The position numbers and the translations under genes are program-made. Under the pieces are notes generated by a model. That model did no database searches, had not been told where the DNA came from, and was given only the letters and a program-made list of their open reading frames with translations. This document shows, piece by piece, positions 1-13,653 of a stretch of 64,000 nucleotides of DNA (position 1 is its first letter; each line of letters begins with the position of its first letter). This stretch comes from Octopus sinensis (taxonomy: Eukaryota), in NCBI RefSeq assembly GCF_006345805.1, contig NC_043018.1, positions 25,110,001 to 25,174,000 of the forward strand, given 5' to 3'.

Positions 1-357
1 ATATAATTCTGAGTCTATTTCATGTGTGTGTGTGTGTAATAAGCATTAATATACGAAATTTGTGTCCCCAGTTGTAGGCTATAGTTTTGAACATAGCTGA
101 AATTCTGCATTAGATCTCATCTTTCCAAAGAGAACCCTGGGCTAAATGAGTTCACTGTTAGCATACACACATGCATAGGTGCAGCTGTGGTTGTGTAAAT
201 AAGAAGCTTGCTTTCCAACTATGTGGTCATAGGTTCAATACTACTGCACGGCATTCTGCACAAGTGTTCACTAGTATACCTCTCAGCCAACCAAAGCCGT
301 GTGGGTGGATTTATGCAGATGAAAACTGAAAGAAAACTACCATGTATGTATGTTTGT

Positions 358-394
<37 letters not shown>

Positions 395-612
395 CTTTAT
401 TTAAAAGCAGCAGAAAATTCAACAAAACCTGTAACTCTGAGTTTCACGTTCCCGTTCGCCGGACAAAAACTGTCCAACAAACGGGAACATGAAACTCAGA
501 GTTACAGGTTTTGTTGAATTTTCTGCTGCTTTTAAATAAAGCATATTACTCTACCTCTGGTATTTGAGTACTCTTTTTTCCACCTTGTTTCACATTTATG
601 TGTTTACTCCGG
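395..612. mobile_element. Palindromic pair of degenerate hammerhead-variant cassettes (Penelope-like)
   Basis: Near-perfect palindrome 395-541 centred on 468. The arm consensus reads CTGT-CCGACGA-ACG(GGAA)CGT-GAA-ACT(CAG)AGT-T-ACAG. The 541-612 tail carries the TTACTCT..GTATTTGAGTAC motif also seen in the 17283 element. Confidence 0.55.
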
Positions 613-646
<34 letters not shown>

Positions 647-841
647 AGATGTAGGAAGAAAGTCAGCTTCAAGCAATCCATAGTAAATATAAAGGACAAC
701 TTTCAGGGGCAGTTGTGGTTTATTGAGATGGAAGGTTGTGGACTTTTTTCATATCGCAGTACAATAAATTAAAAAAAGAGTTCTTTTTATTATTCATGAT
801 AAGCAGCCAGGATTGCCAGGTATGCGAATAAGAATACAAGA

Positions 842-1152
842 GTTAAGGAAGGGAATAGATAAGATCTGGGCTAATTTTTTATGGCAAGTGGAACCCCGGA
901 AGTGGTAAATATCCAAGCAAAGTGTATACCACAGGCTAGTCATCAGGCCAAGGGTATCTTGATTAAATGAAAGTTTACACTGTTGCAAGGAGGTACTTGT
1001 TAACACATGGAAGAATTGATCATTCAATAATCAAGATACCCTTGACCTGATGAGTAGCCTGCGGTATGCACCTCACTTGGATATTTACCATTTCTGAGGT
1101 TCTGCTCGCTATGAAACATGTAGCCCAGATCTTATCCTCTCCATTCCTTAAC
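842..1152. mobile_element. Diverged inverted pair of hammerhead cassettes (Penelope-like)
   Basis: Arms about 842-970 and 1020-1152. Right arm: CTGATGA (1047-53), stem II GTAGC/GCTAT (1054-58/1108-12), GAA, ACATGT (1116-21), A, GCCCAG. Left arm keeps stem I TTGGGC/GCCCAG and the core (rc 940-946) but has lost GAAA. Confidence 0.65.
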
Positions 1153-1947
1153 CGACTTTGTCCCTTAGAGGACATGCAAAATTAGAAATCTGTTTCTTGA
1201 GAAAGCAATAAGGGTTGGGCATCAGCATCTGGCTATAAAAACAGTATTTCAATAATGTATTCATCTAACTCATGCTAGCATGGAAAAACAGACATAAAGC
1301 CAAAACACACACACACAATAATGTTTTTGATGTCATGTAAATGTGTGAATATATATAAGTGGATAACACTAGGGATGGTGTAGAGGCTGTTTATACATAA
1401 GTCTCAAGTGAGTGAAGGTGTATATAGGAAATGATAAAAAATATAATTATGATATTATCTTTGGGCTCTTTAAAGGAATATTTTTGTAAGTAATTTTCTC
1501 AAGCCTTTCAAACTTTCAAGAGGGCTCCAATACACCCCCACCCAACCACTCAGCATTCCCATATCTTACCCCAGCGCCTACTCTCCTTAAAACCTTATCT
1601 GCTTTGTGGAGGCCATTAGGATTATAACATCGTGGTGGCGGTAGTGGAGAGGGGCTTTTGTGTTCAGTGTATATATGTATAATATGTAAATTGTGTGTGT
1701 GTGTGTGTGTGTGTGTAAGATGGTGGGCTGACAGAATCGTTAGCACATGGGGGGAGGGGCAGAATGCTTAGTGGCATTTCATCCTCCTTTAATTCTTTAA
1801 CATTCTGAGTTCAAATCCCACCGCGGTTGACTTTGCTTTTCACCCTTTCAGGGGCCAATGAATTAAGTACCAGCTGAGCACTGGGGTCAATGTAATTGAC
1901 TTGCCCTCCTCTCCCTTGAATTTGCTGGCCTTGTGCCATAATCTGAA

Positions 1948-1990
<43 letters not shown>

Positions 1991-2877
1991 GGTGCAGGCC
2001 TGCCTGTGTAGTAAGAAGCTTGCTTCCTAACCACATGGTTCCGAGTTCAGTCCCACTGTGTGACACCTTGGGCAAGCGTTTTCTACTGTAGCATCGGGCT
2101 GACCTAAGCCTTGTGAGAGGATTTGGTAGACAGAAACTGAAAGAAGCTTGTTGTATATACATATACATATATATACTCAACAGGCTTCTTTCAGTTTCCG
2201 TCTGCCAAATCCGCTCACAAGGCTTTGGTCGGCCTAAGGCCATAGTAGAAGACGCTGGGACCAAACCTGGAACCATGTGGTTGGGAAGCAAGCTTCTTAC
2301 CACCCAGCCATACCTCTGTGTGTGTGTGTGTGTGTGTATGTATGTGTGAGTCAGTATGTCAACTGTTTGACATACATAATTCACACATATAACATTAGAA
2401 TCGGAGGGGGCGGGGGCAGTTGATGGGTGGGGAAGGTTACTGGGGTGGGGTAAAGTACTTCTCATAAGTCAAGATAGCTGGCTTCCTTCTTCATATATTT
2501 ACTTTTCATAATATTTTGCTTTACATATAACATTTATTTGATAAACTCCTGCTCTTAATAAAGGTTATCACACCTAAGTGTATGATAACCTTTTTATTAT
2601 GCTTATTATTATCAACAATATTATTATTATTATTATTTTGAAGAAAAATTTTCTCTCTTTCTCTCTAAAGATAACTGTCAATATTTTGGAAGGGGTGGGA
2701 GAAAGACAGGAAGGAACAACTTAATAGGGTGAATGATGGTAGTGGTTGTGGTGGAGGTTATGGTGTTGCCGGTGGTGGTGGTAGTGGTAGAAGTTTTGGT
2801 TTTGATAATAAGTGTTGTGGTTATGGCGAGTTTCTGTGAAAAACAGGAAATGGTTATAAATAGTCATGTAAAATTGA

Positions 2878-2931
<54 letters not shown>

Positions 2932-4028
2932 GTATGTATATGTATTTATATATGTGTGTGTGTATATGTGTGTATGTATTTATGTGAATGTGCATATGTA
3001 GTTGTATGTTTATATATGTGATATATTTATATATTGTGTATGCATATATGCGCATGTAATTATTTGTATACTGTGTGTGTGTCTGTCATTATATACACCA
3101 TATACACATACATGCAGAAACACATTCGCAGATATGCATATACCTCATGCACTCAATACCTGCACCCTTTGGCCTTTTTGATATCAACAACCATCATTTA
3201 TCTACCTTTTGCTATCCATCTATCTTCCACCACAATCTCCCTTTCACTGGTGCCACGATAAGATGCACTGATTGCACTGCATGGGAGATACGGGGATGTC
3301 AATAGGATTCTTTAGTTTTATTGAAGATGCAGCGACTTTTTCTAATGATGGTGCTGGGAAGAAGATGCACCATGTACACTCTGTAAAGTGGTTGGTGTTA
3401 CATAGGGCGTCTGGCAGTAGAAACCATGTCAATGATAAGGGAAACTTTGGAATGAATGTTATGCATGTCTCTGACCCATCGAGAGCAGCGAGAACCATAC
3501 CAGCATGGAAAGTGGTCATTAAACACACACACACATACAAGCACACTTGCACACACCATCATCATCATCATTTAACATCCATTTTCCATGCTGGCATGGG
3601 TTGGACAGTTTGACTGAAAACTGGTAAGCTGGAGAGCTGAACAAGGTTCCAATCTACAGCTGGGTGCCCTTCCTAATGCCAACCACTCCAAGAGTGTAGT
3701 GGGTGCTTTTTATGTACCACCGGCATTGGCCACAACTGCAATCTCACTTGGCTTGACAGTGTCTTCTCACACATGGTTATATTACCAAAGGTCTCGGTCA
3801 CTTGTCACTGCCTCCATGAGGCTTAAAGTGCTTTCTATCTGCCAGGTATGCTACACTGGCATCAGCTACAACTACAATTTCACTTGGCCTGACAGGTCTT
3901 CTCAAGCACAGCATATTGCCCAATGTCCAAACAGTGCTTCTCATGTGCCACTAGCACAATACTGACATCGACCACAACTGCAATTTCACTTGGCTTGATG
4001 GGTCTTCTCAAGCACAGCACATACATAT

Positions 4029-4068
<40 letters not shown>

Positions 4069-4320
4069 TTAAACATAATATGTGCATATTTGAAATCTAA
4101 AGGCTCCCTACTGACGAAAAATAGCCTCAGTAAAATTTTTTTAACTGCAATGAGTTAGAAACTATGGTCTAGGAACTAAATTAGATGGTAAATGTTTTTA
4201 ATTTTCAATCCTTTCGAGAATTTATCCATAATTAGTGGTTTGAGTTTTCTACTGCTCTTTCTAGCACAAGGCTTTTCTATTTGGAAGCCTCTTAATGTGT
4301 TTTAATGTACACAATATTTT

Positions 4321-4357
<37 letters not shown>

Positions 4358-6740
4358 TCATCCCAGGACACCAGTTTGATTACTCAGTTTTATTAGCTGA
4401 ATGGACTGGAGCTCTGTGAAATGAAGTGTCTTGCTCAAGAACGCAACATATCATCTTGTCTGGGAATTGAAACCACAATCTTGCAATCATTAGAATAGGA
4501 AAATGACAAAGGTTTCACAAGGGTTTCATAATTTCATATATATTACTGATGTACCAGAAGTATTTATTTTTTGTTCTAAACTTTACTATGCAGTAAATAC
4601 AATTTCATAATGACGGTTAAGGTAAGCTAAGCAATTGATGAGACTGAACCCGGAACCATGTGGTCAGGAAGCAAATCTCTTACCTCACAGCCACACCTGT
4701 TTGACAGAAATTGAAAGATGGTACCCTGTGGCTGTATTTGCTTGCATTTCTGTTTCTACCACCATTGTTGTTCTGACGTGCTCAGATTTTGCATTGTCAA
4801 AGACGTGTTGAATAATAGATTCTTATCCCTTATTTGAAAAAAATAGGTTGGTGCTTTGACAGAAAAGACTAATTAGATTAAATAAGAAGATATATGTGTC
4901 TGTATGTATAAACATCATCATCATTTATGTCTGTTCTCCATGCTGGCATGGGTTGGACTAGTAAAATTCCAATTCCAAAGACACATACAGATATACACAC
5001 ACACACACACACATATATATATACACGACAGTTTCTTTTGGTTTCCGTCTACCAAATCCACTCACAAGGCTTTCGTCGGTCCAAGGCTATAGTAGAAGAC
5101 ACGAGTCCGAGGTGTCACACAGTGGGATTGAACCCAGAACCATGTAGTTGGGAAACAAACTTCTTACCACACAGCCATGCTTAATGGTTTTTCACTTCTA
5201 GTCACATGTCAATTAGAAAAGACATCAATTTCCATCACAGGCTTGCCCTTTTGGGGCAGTTTTTTTTTCTCTTTCCTTTGGTCCTCATCTCTGCTGTGTC
5301 AGCCAATATGTTTAAAATATAAATATAAAATTTAAATAAATAGAAATTATCTTCCTTCGCATCACCATCGCCACCCTAAGTTTTGCATTTTGTTTTTATA
5401 GACTGCTTGAAATAGCTTTACATTAATTGTAATATTATATACATACATACGTTTGTATATATATTTATATTTATTGTTTGTTTATTTTTTTCAATATGGC
5501 ATATAGTTGACCAAAGGGCCAATTGAATTGAGTAAAACCACGGCCCTGTGTAATGTAATCCGCTGTTGATGTAACCCTTAAATAAACATTAATCACACCA
5601 AACACTTCTAGCATACCATTGTATTGAGCACTTTGTTTTCATACCCCACCAAAATAAACAGAAAAACATGTTTTATGTATGATTATATATATACACATAT
5701 ACATATATACATATACATATATACTTATTTATTTATTTGTATATGTATGTTTGATAGGCCATTGTTCTTTTTTTTTTATCTTGTTTCAGTCATGGGACCT
5801 TTGCCATGTTGGGGCACTGTGTTGAAAGATTCCGAACAAATAAATCCCAGTACTTTATCAGTCGCTTTTGCCGAACAACTAAGTTACGGGGACTTAAACA
5901 CACCAGCATCAAGCGATGTTGGGGGGGGGGTGCACAGACATACAAACATATACACACACATACATACATAAGCACACACACACACACATACACACACATA
6001 TATATATATATATATATACATATACACAACAGGCTTCTTTCAGTTTCTGTCAACCAAATCCACTCACATGGCTTTGGTTGGCCTGAGGCTATAGTAGAAG
6101 ACACTTGCCCAAAGTGCCACGCGGTGGAAATGAACCTGGAACCATGTGGTTCATAAGCAAGCTACTTACCACACAGCCACTCCTGCGCCTATAGTAGAAG
6201 ACATTTGCCCAAGGTGCCATACAGTGGGACTGAACCCTAGGCCACATGGTTGGGGAACCAAGCTTTTTACCCACAGTTTTTCACTAAATAGAAAAGTGTG
6301 TGTGGTGGACGCAGCAAAGCAGAATTATTGAAGTGTTTGCTTCGCAAGCGCCAGGCCCTAGATTTAATTCTATCGCATGATCCTTTAAAAGCAGGTGTGT
6401 CTTACCACAACCATTAGTTTACCCATGCTTGTTCGATGGACTGCATACATACATGTAATTCAAAATTACAGAGTCACCCTGAATGCCTGACTTCATCGTG
6501 AGGATATTGCATTTAGGGTGCACGTGTCTGTTGAATATTCACTCACCTGCTAATTAAACGAGGGCAGGTAAACAGGCTGATCCAATAACTGAATACTGAT
6601 CATTGATACTCCTGGATGTATGTGTGTGTATGTGTGAGTGTTAAGTGTGTATCTATACATGTGGGTATGTGTATGTGTATATATGTATACATATATAATA
6701 TACAGAAAAAAGTAATTGTATACATGATTGTGTGTGTGTG

Positions 6741-6780
<40 letters not shown>

Positions 6781-7375
6781 GTGTATGTATATGTGTGTGT
6801 GTGTATATATGAGCCGTTTATACACACACACACACTCTTGCAATACTGCATGCATAAATACACATTGTGTTACAGATTCTGCCTTCAGTGGTATCAGGCG
6901 CGTGTTGGCTCTGTCAATCAAACCCAGATATTTTAACTAGAACTGTTGCTATGACAGCAACAGAAGTTACTCATTGTTATATACCTCCTCGTTCCACCAC
7001 CACCACCCTTCCACCTTGACTGGTCACCTGACTGTGCCTTACCTCTGCTCTGGCATATATAGACCTATGACATTGAGGTGACTGATTTTTTTCTTTTCCT
7101 TTCTTTCTTTCAAGTATTTGTTACCTGTAATAGTGGTGGCGGCAGGAGTGGTGGTGGTGGTGGTAGTTATTGTAGGGTGGATTTAGTTCACATTGAACTG
7201 ATGATAAAGACATAGTTGTAGTGAAAGAGGGGGAGAGTGGGCAGAAAAACCTTTTTGTTGGTCTTTGTGTACAGGCATGGTCCCATGGGGTTTATATATA
7301 TATATTCTTTTGTTTCAGCTCTGAGGCTGTGGCCATGCTGGGGCACTGCCAGTGCCACAAGATATATATATATAT

Positions 7376-7468
<93 letters not shown>

Positions 7469-7569
7469 CAGCATTCACATCTTTTTTTCCATGTTGGCAT
7501 TTGTTGGATGGTTTGTCAAGAACATACAAGACTGATGATGATGATTACAGTTTATATATGTGTGTATAT

Positions 7570-7808
7570 GTAACTTAGCGGTTCAGCATAAGAGACCAAT
7601 AGAATAAGTACTAGGCTTACAAAGAATAAGTCCTGGGATCGATTTGTTTTGACTCTTTAGTCAAGAGTCAGTTATTTGACTGTGGCCATGCTGGAGCACC
7701 GCCTGACATACTCTTGACTAAAGAGTCAAAACAAATCGATCCCAGGACTTATTCTTTGTAAGCCTAGTACTTATTCTATTGGTCTCTTATGCTGAACCAC
7801 TAAGTTAC
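7570..7808. repeat. 99-bp-arm fold-back built from a SINE-A 3' half
   Basis: Arms 7570-7668 and 7710-7808, with one mismatch seen and a 41-nt spacer. Confidence 0.9.
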
Positions 7809-8842
7809 AGAGACATAAATACACCAGCATCGGTTGTCCTATAGGATTGGAAACGAGAGAGGGACAGATAGAAAGTCAGAACAAAGGGAGAAGCAAAGTA
7901 TTAGGGAGGGAAAGAGAGAGAGGAAGAGAAATAGGGAGAAAGGCAAATCAGAGGCAGAGAGAGACAGACAGACAGACAATATAAAATATGTATGTGTGTG
8001 TATTTATCATCATCATAATCAGTGTCTGTTTGCCATGTTGGCATGGGTTGGACAACATGTGTATACACATGTAAATACACACACACACACACACACACAT
8101 CCCTTGTGCTGAGAACTACTTGATGTATGTAATAGCATTTATACATCTGCACAGAAAGGCACGTGCACGCAAACACACACAGCACATAATAGGTTATGTT
8201 GCAAAAAGGTTATTGTTATCAAGATTTGTTGGTGCCAGACACACTCTTTGTTATATCCTTGACTGAACTTTATATCAGCTGCTTATTATCATCATCAAAA
8301 AAGCTACATCCTAAATGCTCTCAATAAGCTTCATTTGTCTCTTTTGTCACTCAATAAATGTCTGTGTGTCTATTGTGAAATCTCAGTCAATTTGGTCCTT
8401 AAAATGTATTTGACTCTGTTTCTTAGATCACAGCATCAGTAAATGTTGGCATGTTAAAAGCATAGTGTCTATAAATTATCTTTACAACTTCCATGGTTTA
8501 TAGTATCTATTGAAGTTGACATCCATCAATTATTGTAATGGTAATTTATGGACACCTTTGTGTGTGTGTATGTGTGTAAATATTTAGCAGAAGCAACGGA
8601 GTGTCTCAAGGACCAAGAGTTTCATGCATTAGCAATCACACTTGTGTGTATTCTTTTGTTTCGGGTATTTGATTGTCACCAAGCTGGATCACTGCCTTCA
8701 GGGATTTTAGAGGAACAAATCGACCCCAGGACTTATTCTTTGTAAGCCTGGTACTTATTCTATCAGTCTGTTTTACTGAACTGCTAAGTTACAAGGATGT
8801 AAACACACCAACATCGGTTGTCAAGCAATGGTGGGGGACACT

Positions 8843-8932
8843 CTAGCTCTCTCTTGCACCCTAGCTGTCTCTTGCACCCTAGCTCTCTCTCGCACCCTAG
8901 TTTTCTCTCACACCTTAGCTCTCTCTCGCACT
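8843..8932. repeat. 18-bp minisatellite, 5 copies, inside a SINE-A
   Basis: Unit CTAGCTCTCTCTTGCACC at 8843, 8861, 8879, 8897 and 8915. Confidence 0.9.
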
Positions 8933-9547
8933 CCGACACACCTTTATGGATTTCTTTCAGTTTTCAGTTACCAAATTTATTGGGAAAAAAAAAAGCATTG
9001 AGGGGCCATTGTAGGACCCCCACTGCATGTATGTACATCTTTGTGTAGCTGCACAGTTTTGTTATAAGCACACCGACATGGGCATGTGGTTAAGAAGCTA
9101 ACTTTGCAATCCAACCACATGGTTTCCAGTTCAGTCCCAGCTGCATGGTGCCTTGAGCAAGTATCTTCAACTAAACCCCAGGTCAACCAAATCCTTGTGA
9201 GTGAATTTGGTAGATAGATATTGTGTGGAAGCCTGTCATATATACCCGTATGTTTGTCTTCGTTGTCCCAATCCCCCTCTTGACAACAGGTGTTAGTTTG
9301 TTTACATCTCTATAACTTAGTGCTTCAGCAAAAGAGACAGATAGAATACAAGTTCCAGACTTAGATAAACACCGGGGTCGATTTGCTTGACCAAAACCCT
9401 TCAAGATAGTGCCCCAGCATGGCCGCAGTCCAATGACTAAAACAAATAAAGGAAAAATATATGTACACATGCACACAAAGGCATGCATAAAGATATACTT
9501 ATTCGCAGATATATATATATATATATATATATATCATACACACACAC

Positions 9548-9578
<31 letters not shown>

Positions 9579-9930
9579 TATACATGTGTATGTAGGTGAA
9601 ATTGCATTTATTTGTATGTGTGTGTATATAGGGTTTAATACAATCACATTGTAACCCTCTAAAGCTATTCTCTATTGGAGTATTGTTGGTGACAGTTGAA
9701 AAATGAAGCGGACTAAAAATGTACGTGTTAACCTCCACAGCTTTACAACTCAAACAAGGGACTTTCTACCTCTTTTCTTAAATAACACTCACCTGATGCA
9801 TTCTTTACACACACACACACGTATATACATATAAACTCATTGTACTCAAACAGGTGTACTTATTTACGTGAAGTCACTCAATTTTTTTGGATTTGTTTCC
9901 TTTCTTTTATATTTGTTATTTGTAGCAGCA

Positions 9931-9977
<47 letters not shown>

Positions 9978-9980
9978 ATT

Positions 9981-10258
9981 GGAGGTGCAATGGCCTAGTG
10001 GTTAGGGCAGCAGACTCGCAGTTTCAATTCCTAGGCCAGGTGTTATGAGTGTTTATTGAATGAAAACACCTAAAGCTCCACGAGGCTCCAGCAGGGGGTG
10101 GTGGCGATCCCTGCTGTACTCTTTCTCCACAACTTTCTCTCACTCTTCTTCTGTTGGCCTGCTCGCTTAGCCAGTGGGGTGGCATCATTTGAAGGCTAAA
10201 ATAATGCGAAGCTCATTGTGACCAGCAATGTGTAGCAACATCTGATAACCTGGGCAAT
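9981..10258 (+). mobile_element. SINE family C-related copy with a different 3' tail
   Basis: GGAGGTGCAATGGCCTAGTGGTTAG head and shared middle (AAGCTCCACG..CCACAACTTTCTCTCACTC), then diverges from the 34966 copy. Confidence 0.75.
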
Positions 10259-11409
10259 ATATATGAGGTGGTGGGCTGGTGGAATCGTTAGCACACCAGT
10301 CAGAATGCTTAGCATTTTGTCTGTCCTTACACTTTGAGTTTAAATTGCGCCAAGGTTGACTTGCCTTCCATCCTTTTGGGGTCAATGAATTAAATACCAG
10401 TTGAGCACTGGGGTCAGTGTAATCAACTTACTCCCTCCTCCAAAAATTTCAGACCCCTGCCTATACTAGAAAGGATTATTATTAGTTAAGACTGCAAGCT
10501 GGCAGAATCGTTAGCACACTGAATGAAATGCTTAGTGGTACTTCGCCCATTGCTATGTCCAAATTCTGCCAAGGTTGATTTCATCTTTCATCCTTTCGGG
10601 GGTTGATTAATTAAGTACTAGTTACATGCAGGGGTTGAGCTAATTTACCCCCCCACCTCCATAAAAAAATTTCAGGCCTTGTGCCCAGAGTAGAAAAGAA
10701 TATTATTTCTTTGATTCCAGAAAATAAAAATTTATTAATTAAATATGTGACTGAAATAATTACTGGTGCTTAAAAAATGATACTTCAATCTTAAACCATT
10801 TGATACCAACCCCTTCAAGGCTATTCTTTGTTCTAATACAAACTTTGTTTTCAGCCTTTTGTTGCTACATCTCCTTTGAAATTCACTACCTTCGTTAAAA
10901 TTAATTTTATAACACAGAATTTGTAAAAATAACTGCCATTATTAAGCTGGTGTTTAACATGGCGAGCTGGCAGAATCATTAGCACGCTGGGCGAAACACT
11001 TAGCAACATTTCATCCATCTTTACATTCTGAGTTCAAATTCCGCCAGGGTCAATAAAACAAATTCCAGTTGGATACTGGAGTTGATATGGTTGAACACTG
11101 GGGTCTGTATCTATATGGTACCATGCCCCAGCCTGGCTAAATACCTATGAATGTAACTGCTTACCATCATTACTTTCCAAAAACAAAACAAAAAATTCCA
11201 GGTGTACAGTGAAATGGAATTGCACCTGCTGAAGAATGAAACACACAGATCGAAGGGAATAAAAGATGGCAAGGAAGTGATTTGATAGAAATTTGGCGAA
11301 TATCCCTTGCAGACCAATTGAGAAAGACGAACCTCATTTTATTGGCTTGGTTTAGCCCTTTTGATACTCACCTAAAACCATGGTTCTATGATACAAATCC
11401 CTGTTTTAA

Positions 11410-11632
11410 CCCCTTAGCATTGAAACCAAGCATATCCAGCCTAAATATTTTCCCAGTTTTCTGTTAAAACTGACCAGACATGGCCTCTCACACCTAACCT
11501 GCAATGTCTTTCCAAAACTAAGCAGTCACATCATGAAAATCTCAGAGCTGTGAGATAATCCCATGATTAATTCAAAGTTGTGTGAATTAACAAGCATTAC
11601 ACACAACAGAATAATTTGATTATTCTAAAGGA
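11410..11632. mobile_element. Second TTAA-flanked MITE family (CCC(C/T)TTAG..CTAAAGG(A/G))
   Basis: TTAA at 11406-09 and 11633-36. Fragments of the same family lie at about 19260-19415, 20790-20885, 21490-21810, 24000-24120 and 24545-24655. Confidence 0.7.
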
Positions 11633-12219
11633 TTAAACTAGTCTGGATCGAAAGCGTCATCAAAATTTCATATCAATTCATTCCAAACACCAGCTTAATG
11701 ATGACAAAGTTTATTTTTCTAAATTCTTCATTATTTTGAAGATTGATTGAAAATAATGTGAATACGGTAACAAAAGGGTTAAGAATCAAATAGGGGCAAT
11801 GTTGGTGGTGCCAGGTAGTGAGTAAGGTGGACATAAAGAAGAAACATTTTTGAAACAAATATAACCTACAGTCTCTTTGTTATGCAAACAGAATCCAGCA
11901 ATGTTTAGCTTGTCTTGAACAAGTTGGGGAGTAAAGTATGGCATGGTGTTTGTGTATGTATGTGAGTGGCAGCAGGGAAGGGGTGGTGGGCATTGTAAAA
12001 CACTTGAGATGCTATGAAGCGCTTCCTTCATTCTACACATGTCTCCCAATTCTCTCTTTTTTTGCCAGTTGTTGATCCTGGGTTAGTAAATGTTCATCAC
12101 AGTAAAGATTTTATTTATTCAGCAAATATTCTTTACAATGTGGAGATGTAAACAGCTCCGTTCTGTTTTGCTCATTCTTTGGCAGTTTAGCTATTTCCTA
12201 TGTTTTTATTTTATCCACT

Positions 12220-12258
<39 letters not shown>

Positions 12259-12849
12259 GTCTACATCATTCTTCTCTCCCTCCTACCTTTTCTCTCTCTC
12301 TCTCTCTTTTTCTCCTTCTCTGATGGGGAAATTGCTAGAATATCTTGTATGGTTTGTCTAGGATCAACCAAAATGATGGCATTGCAAAGCTTTTTAATAC
12401 TGACTGCCATTTCTGTTGTACAACAAACAAGTCAAAGATTTTGTTTCTACCATTCTTTTTTTTTCTTTCTTTTTTTATTGCTTTTACTTTCATTTTTTTT
12501 CTGTTGTATTTTATTCTCCGTTTCTTTTATCTTTTTAACATTTTTTTAACATTTTCGATTTGCGAGGAAAAATAAAGAAAAAAAGGCCAAAGATTTTTGC
12601 AGCCCCACCCTGAGAAATTTCAATAATTTAACCTATCCACAAATACTTCATTTTATATGTGAATTCTTTTAATTTTTAGTATAGTTGTAAGTATCCCCGC
12701 TTGTCATACAGGAGAGTGGGGTTCAACTAACCATTGGGGAAGCCATTTAACTGGCAGTGCCCCAGCATGGCCACACGTCAAGGCTGAAACATATAAAAAA
12801 GAATTTTAAATTTTTTCACTGGTGGGCCTTTTATGTTATTTTTTTTATT

Positions 12850-13245
12850 TATTTCAGTCATTGGGCTGAGGCCATTCTGGGGCACCACCTTGAAGGGTTT
12901 AGCTGAACAAATTTAACCCCAGGACTTACTTTTTAAGCCTGGTTCGTATTCTGTCAGTCCCTTTTGCCAAACTGCCAAGTTATAGAGATGTAAACAAACC
13001 AACACTAGTTGTCAAGTGGAAATGGGAGACAAACACACACACACACAGATACATACATATACATTTGTATATATATGTCTATAGACAGGCTTCTTTCAGT
13101 TTCTGTATACTAAACCCACTCACAAAGCTTTGGTTGGTCCAAGGTTATAGTAAAAGACACTTGCCCAAGGTGCCATGCTGTGGAACCGAACCCAGAACCA
13201 TGTGATTAGGAAGCAAACTTTTTAACGCACAGCCACGCCTGTGCC
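12850..13245 (-). mobile_element. SINE family A, older copy
   Basis: Family A homology with many CpG-to-TpG/CpA changes. Further copies or fragments lie at about 175-340, 1988-2314, 5025-5180, 5760-6270, 8680-9450, 18805-19245, 21265-21460, 24130-24505, 28785-28942, 45165-45485 and 55405-55785. Confidence 0.8.
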
Positions 13246-13653
13246 TGGATGTCTAATAGATTTTAATTGTATTTTATTTATTTATTTTTGCCACATTATT
13301 AACTTCTTAAACAATGTAAAAAAAAGAAAAACAGACAAAAAACAATGCCATCTTTCCCCCCATTCCCTCCTTCCCAACCACTAAAAATCTCACATGGTTA
13401 ACATTTTGCTTTCATTTCACAAATATGTGTCTGCTCTTAGTAAGTTCAAACCAAACCAGAAGTATGTTGTTGCTTAGCTCAAGAACAATTCTGTGAGAGC
13501 ACGTGATCCATGATCAAAGATGTTTCAACTCTGCCCTACACATACCCTTCTCCCATTTTGTTACCTACATCGTCCCCACGCTGATCTAGCCATTACCTAG
13601 ATATTTAGTCATTGCCTTGATGTAACCCACTCTAATCTAGGCCGTTTGAGCCA

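Noticed and set aside
7043-12390. Possible minus-strand exon chain (about 12263-12390, 11165-11227, 7043-7124, 1571-1654) with compatible phases
   Set aside because: The splice signals are plausible, but the pieces include low-complexity GA/A runs and give no recognisable domain. Chance open frames of this length are common, so RNA-seq would be needed.
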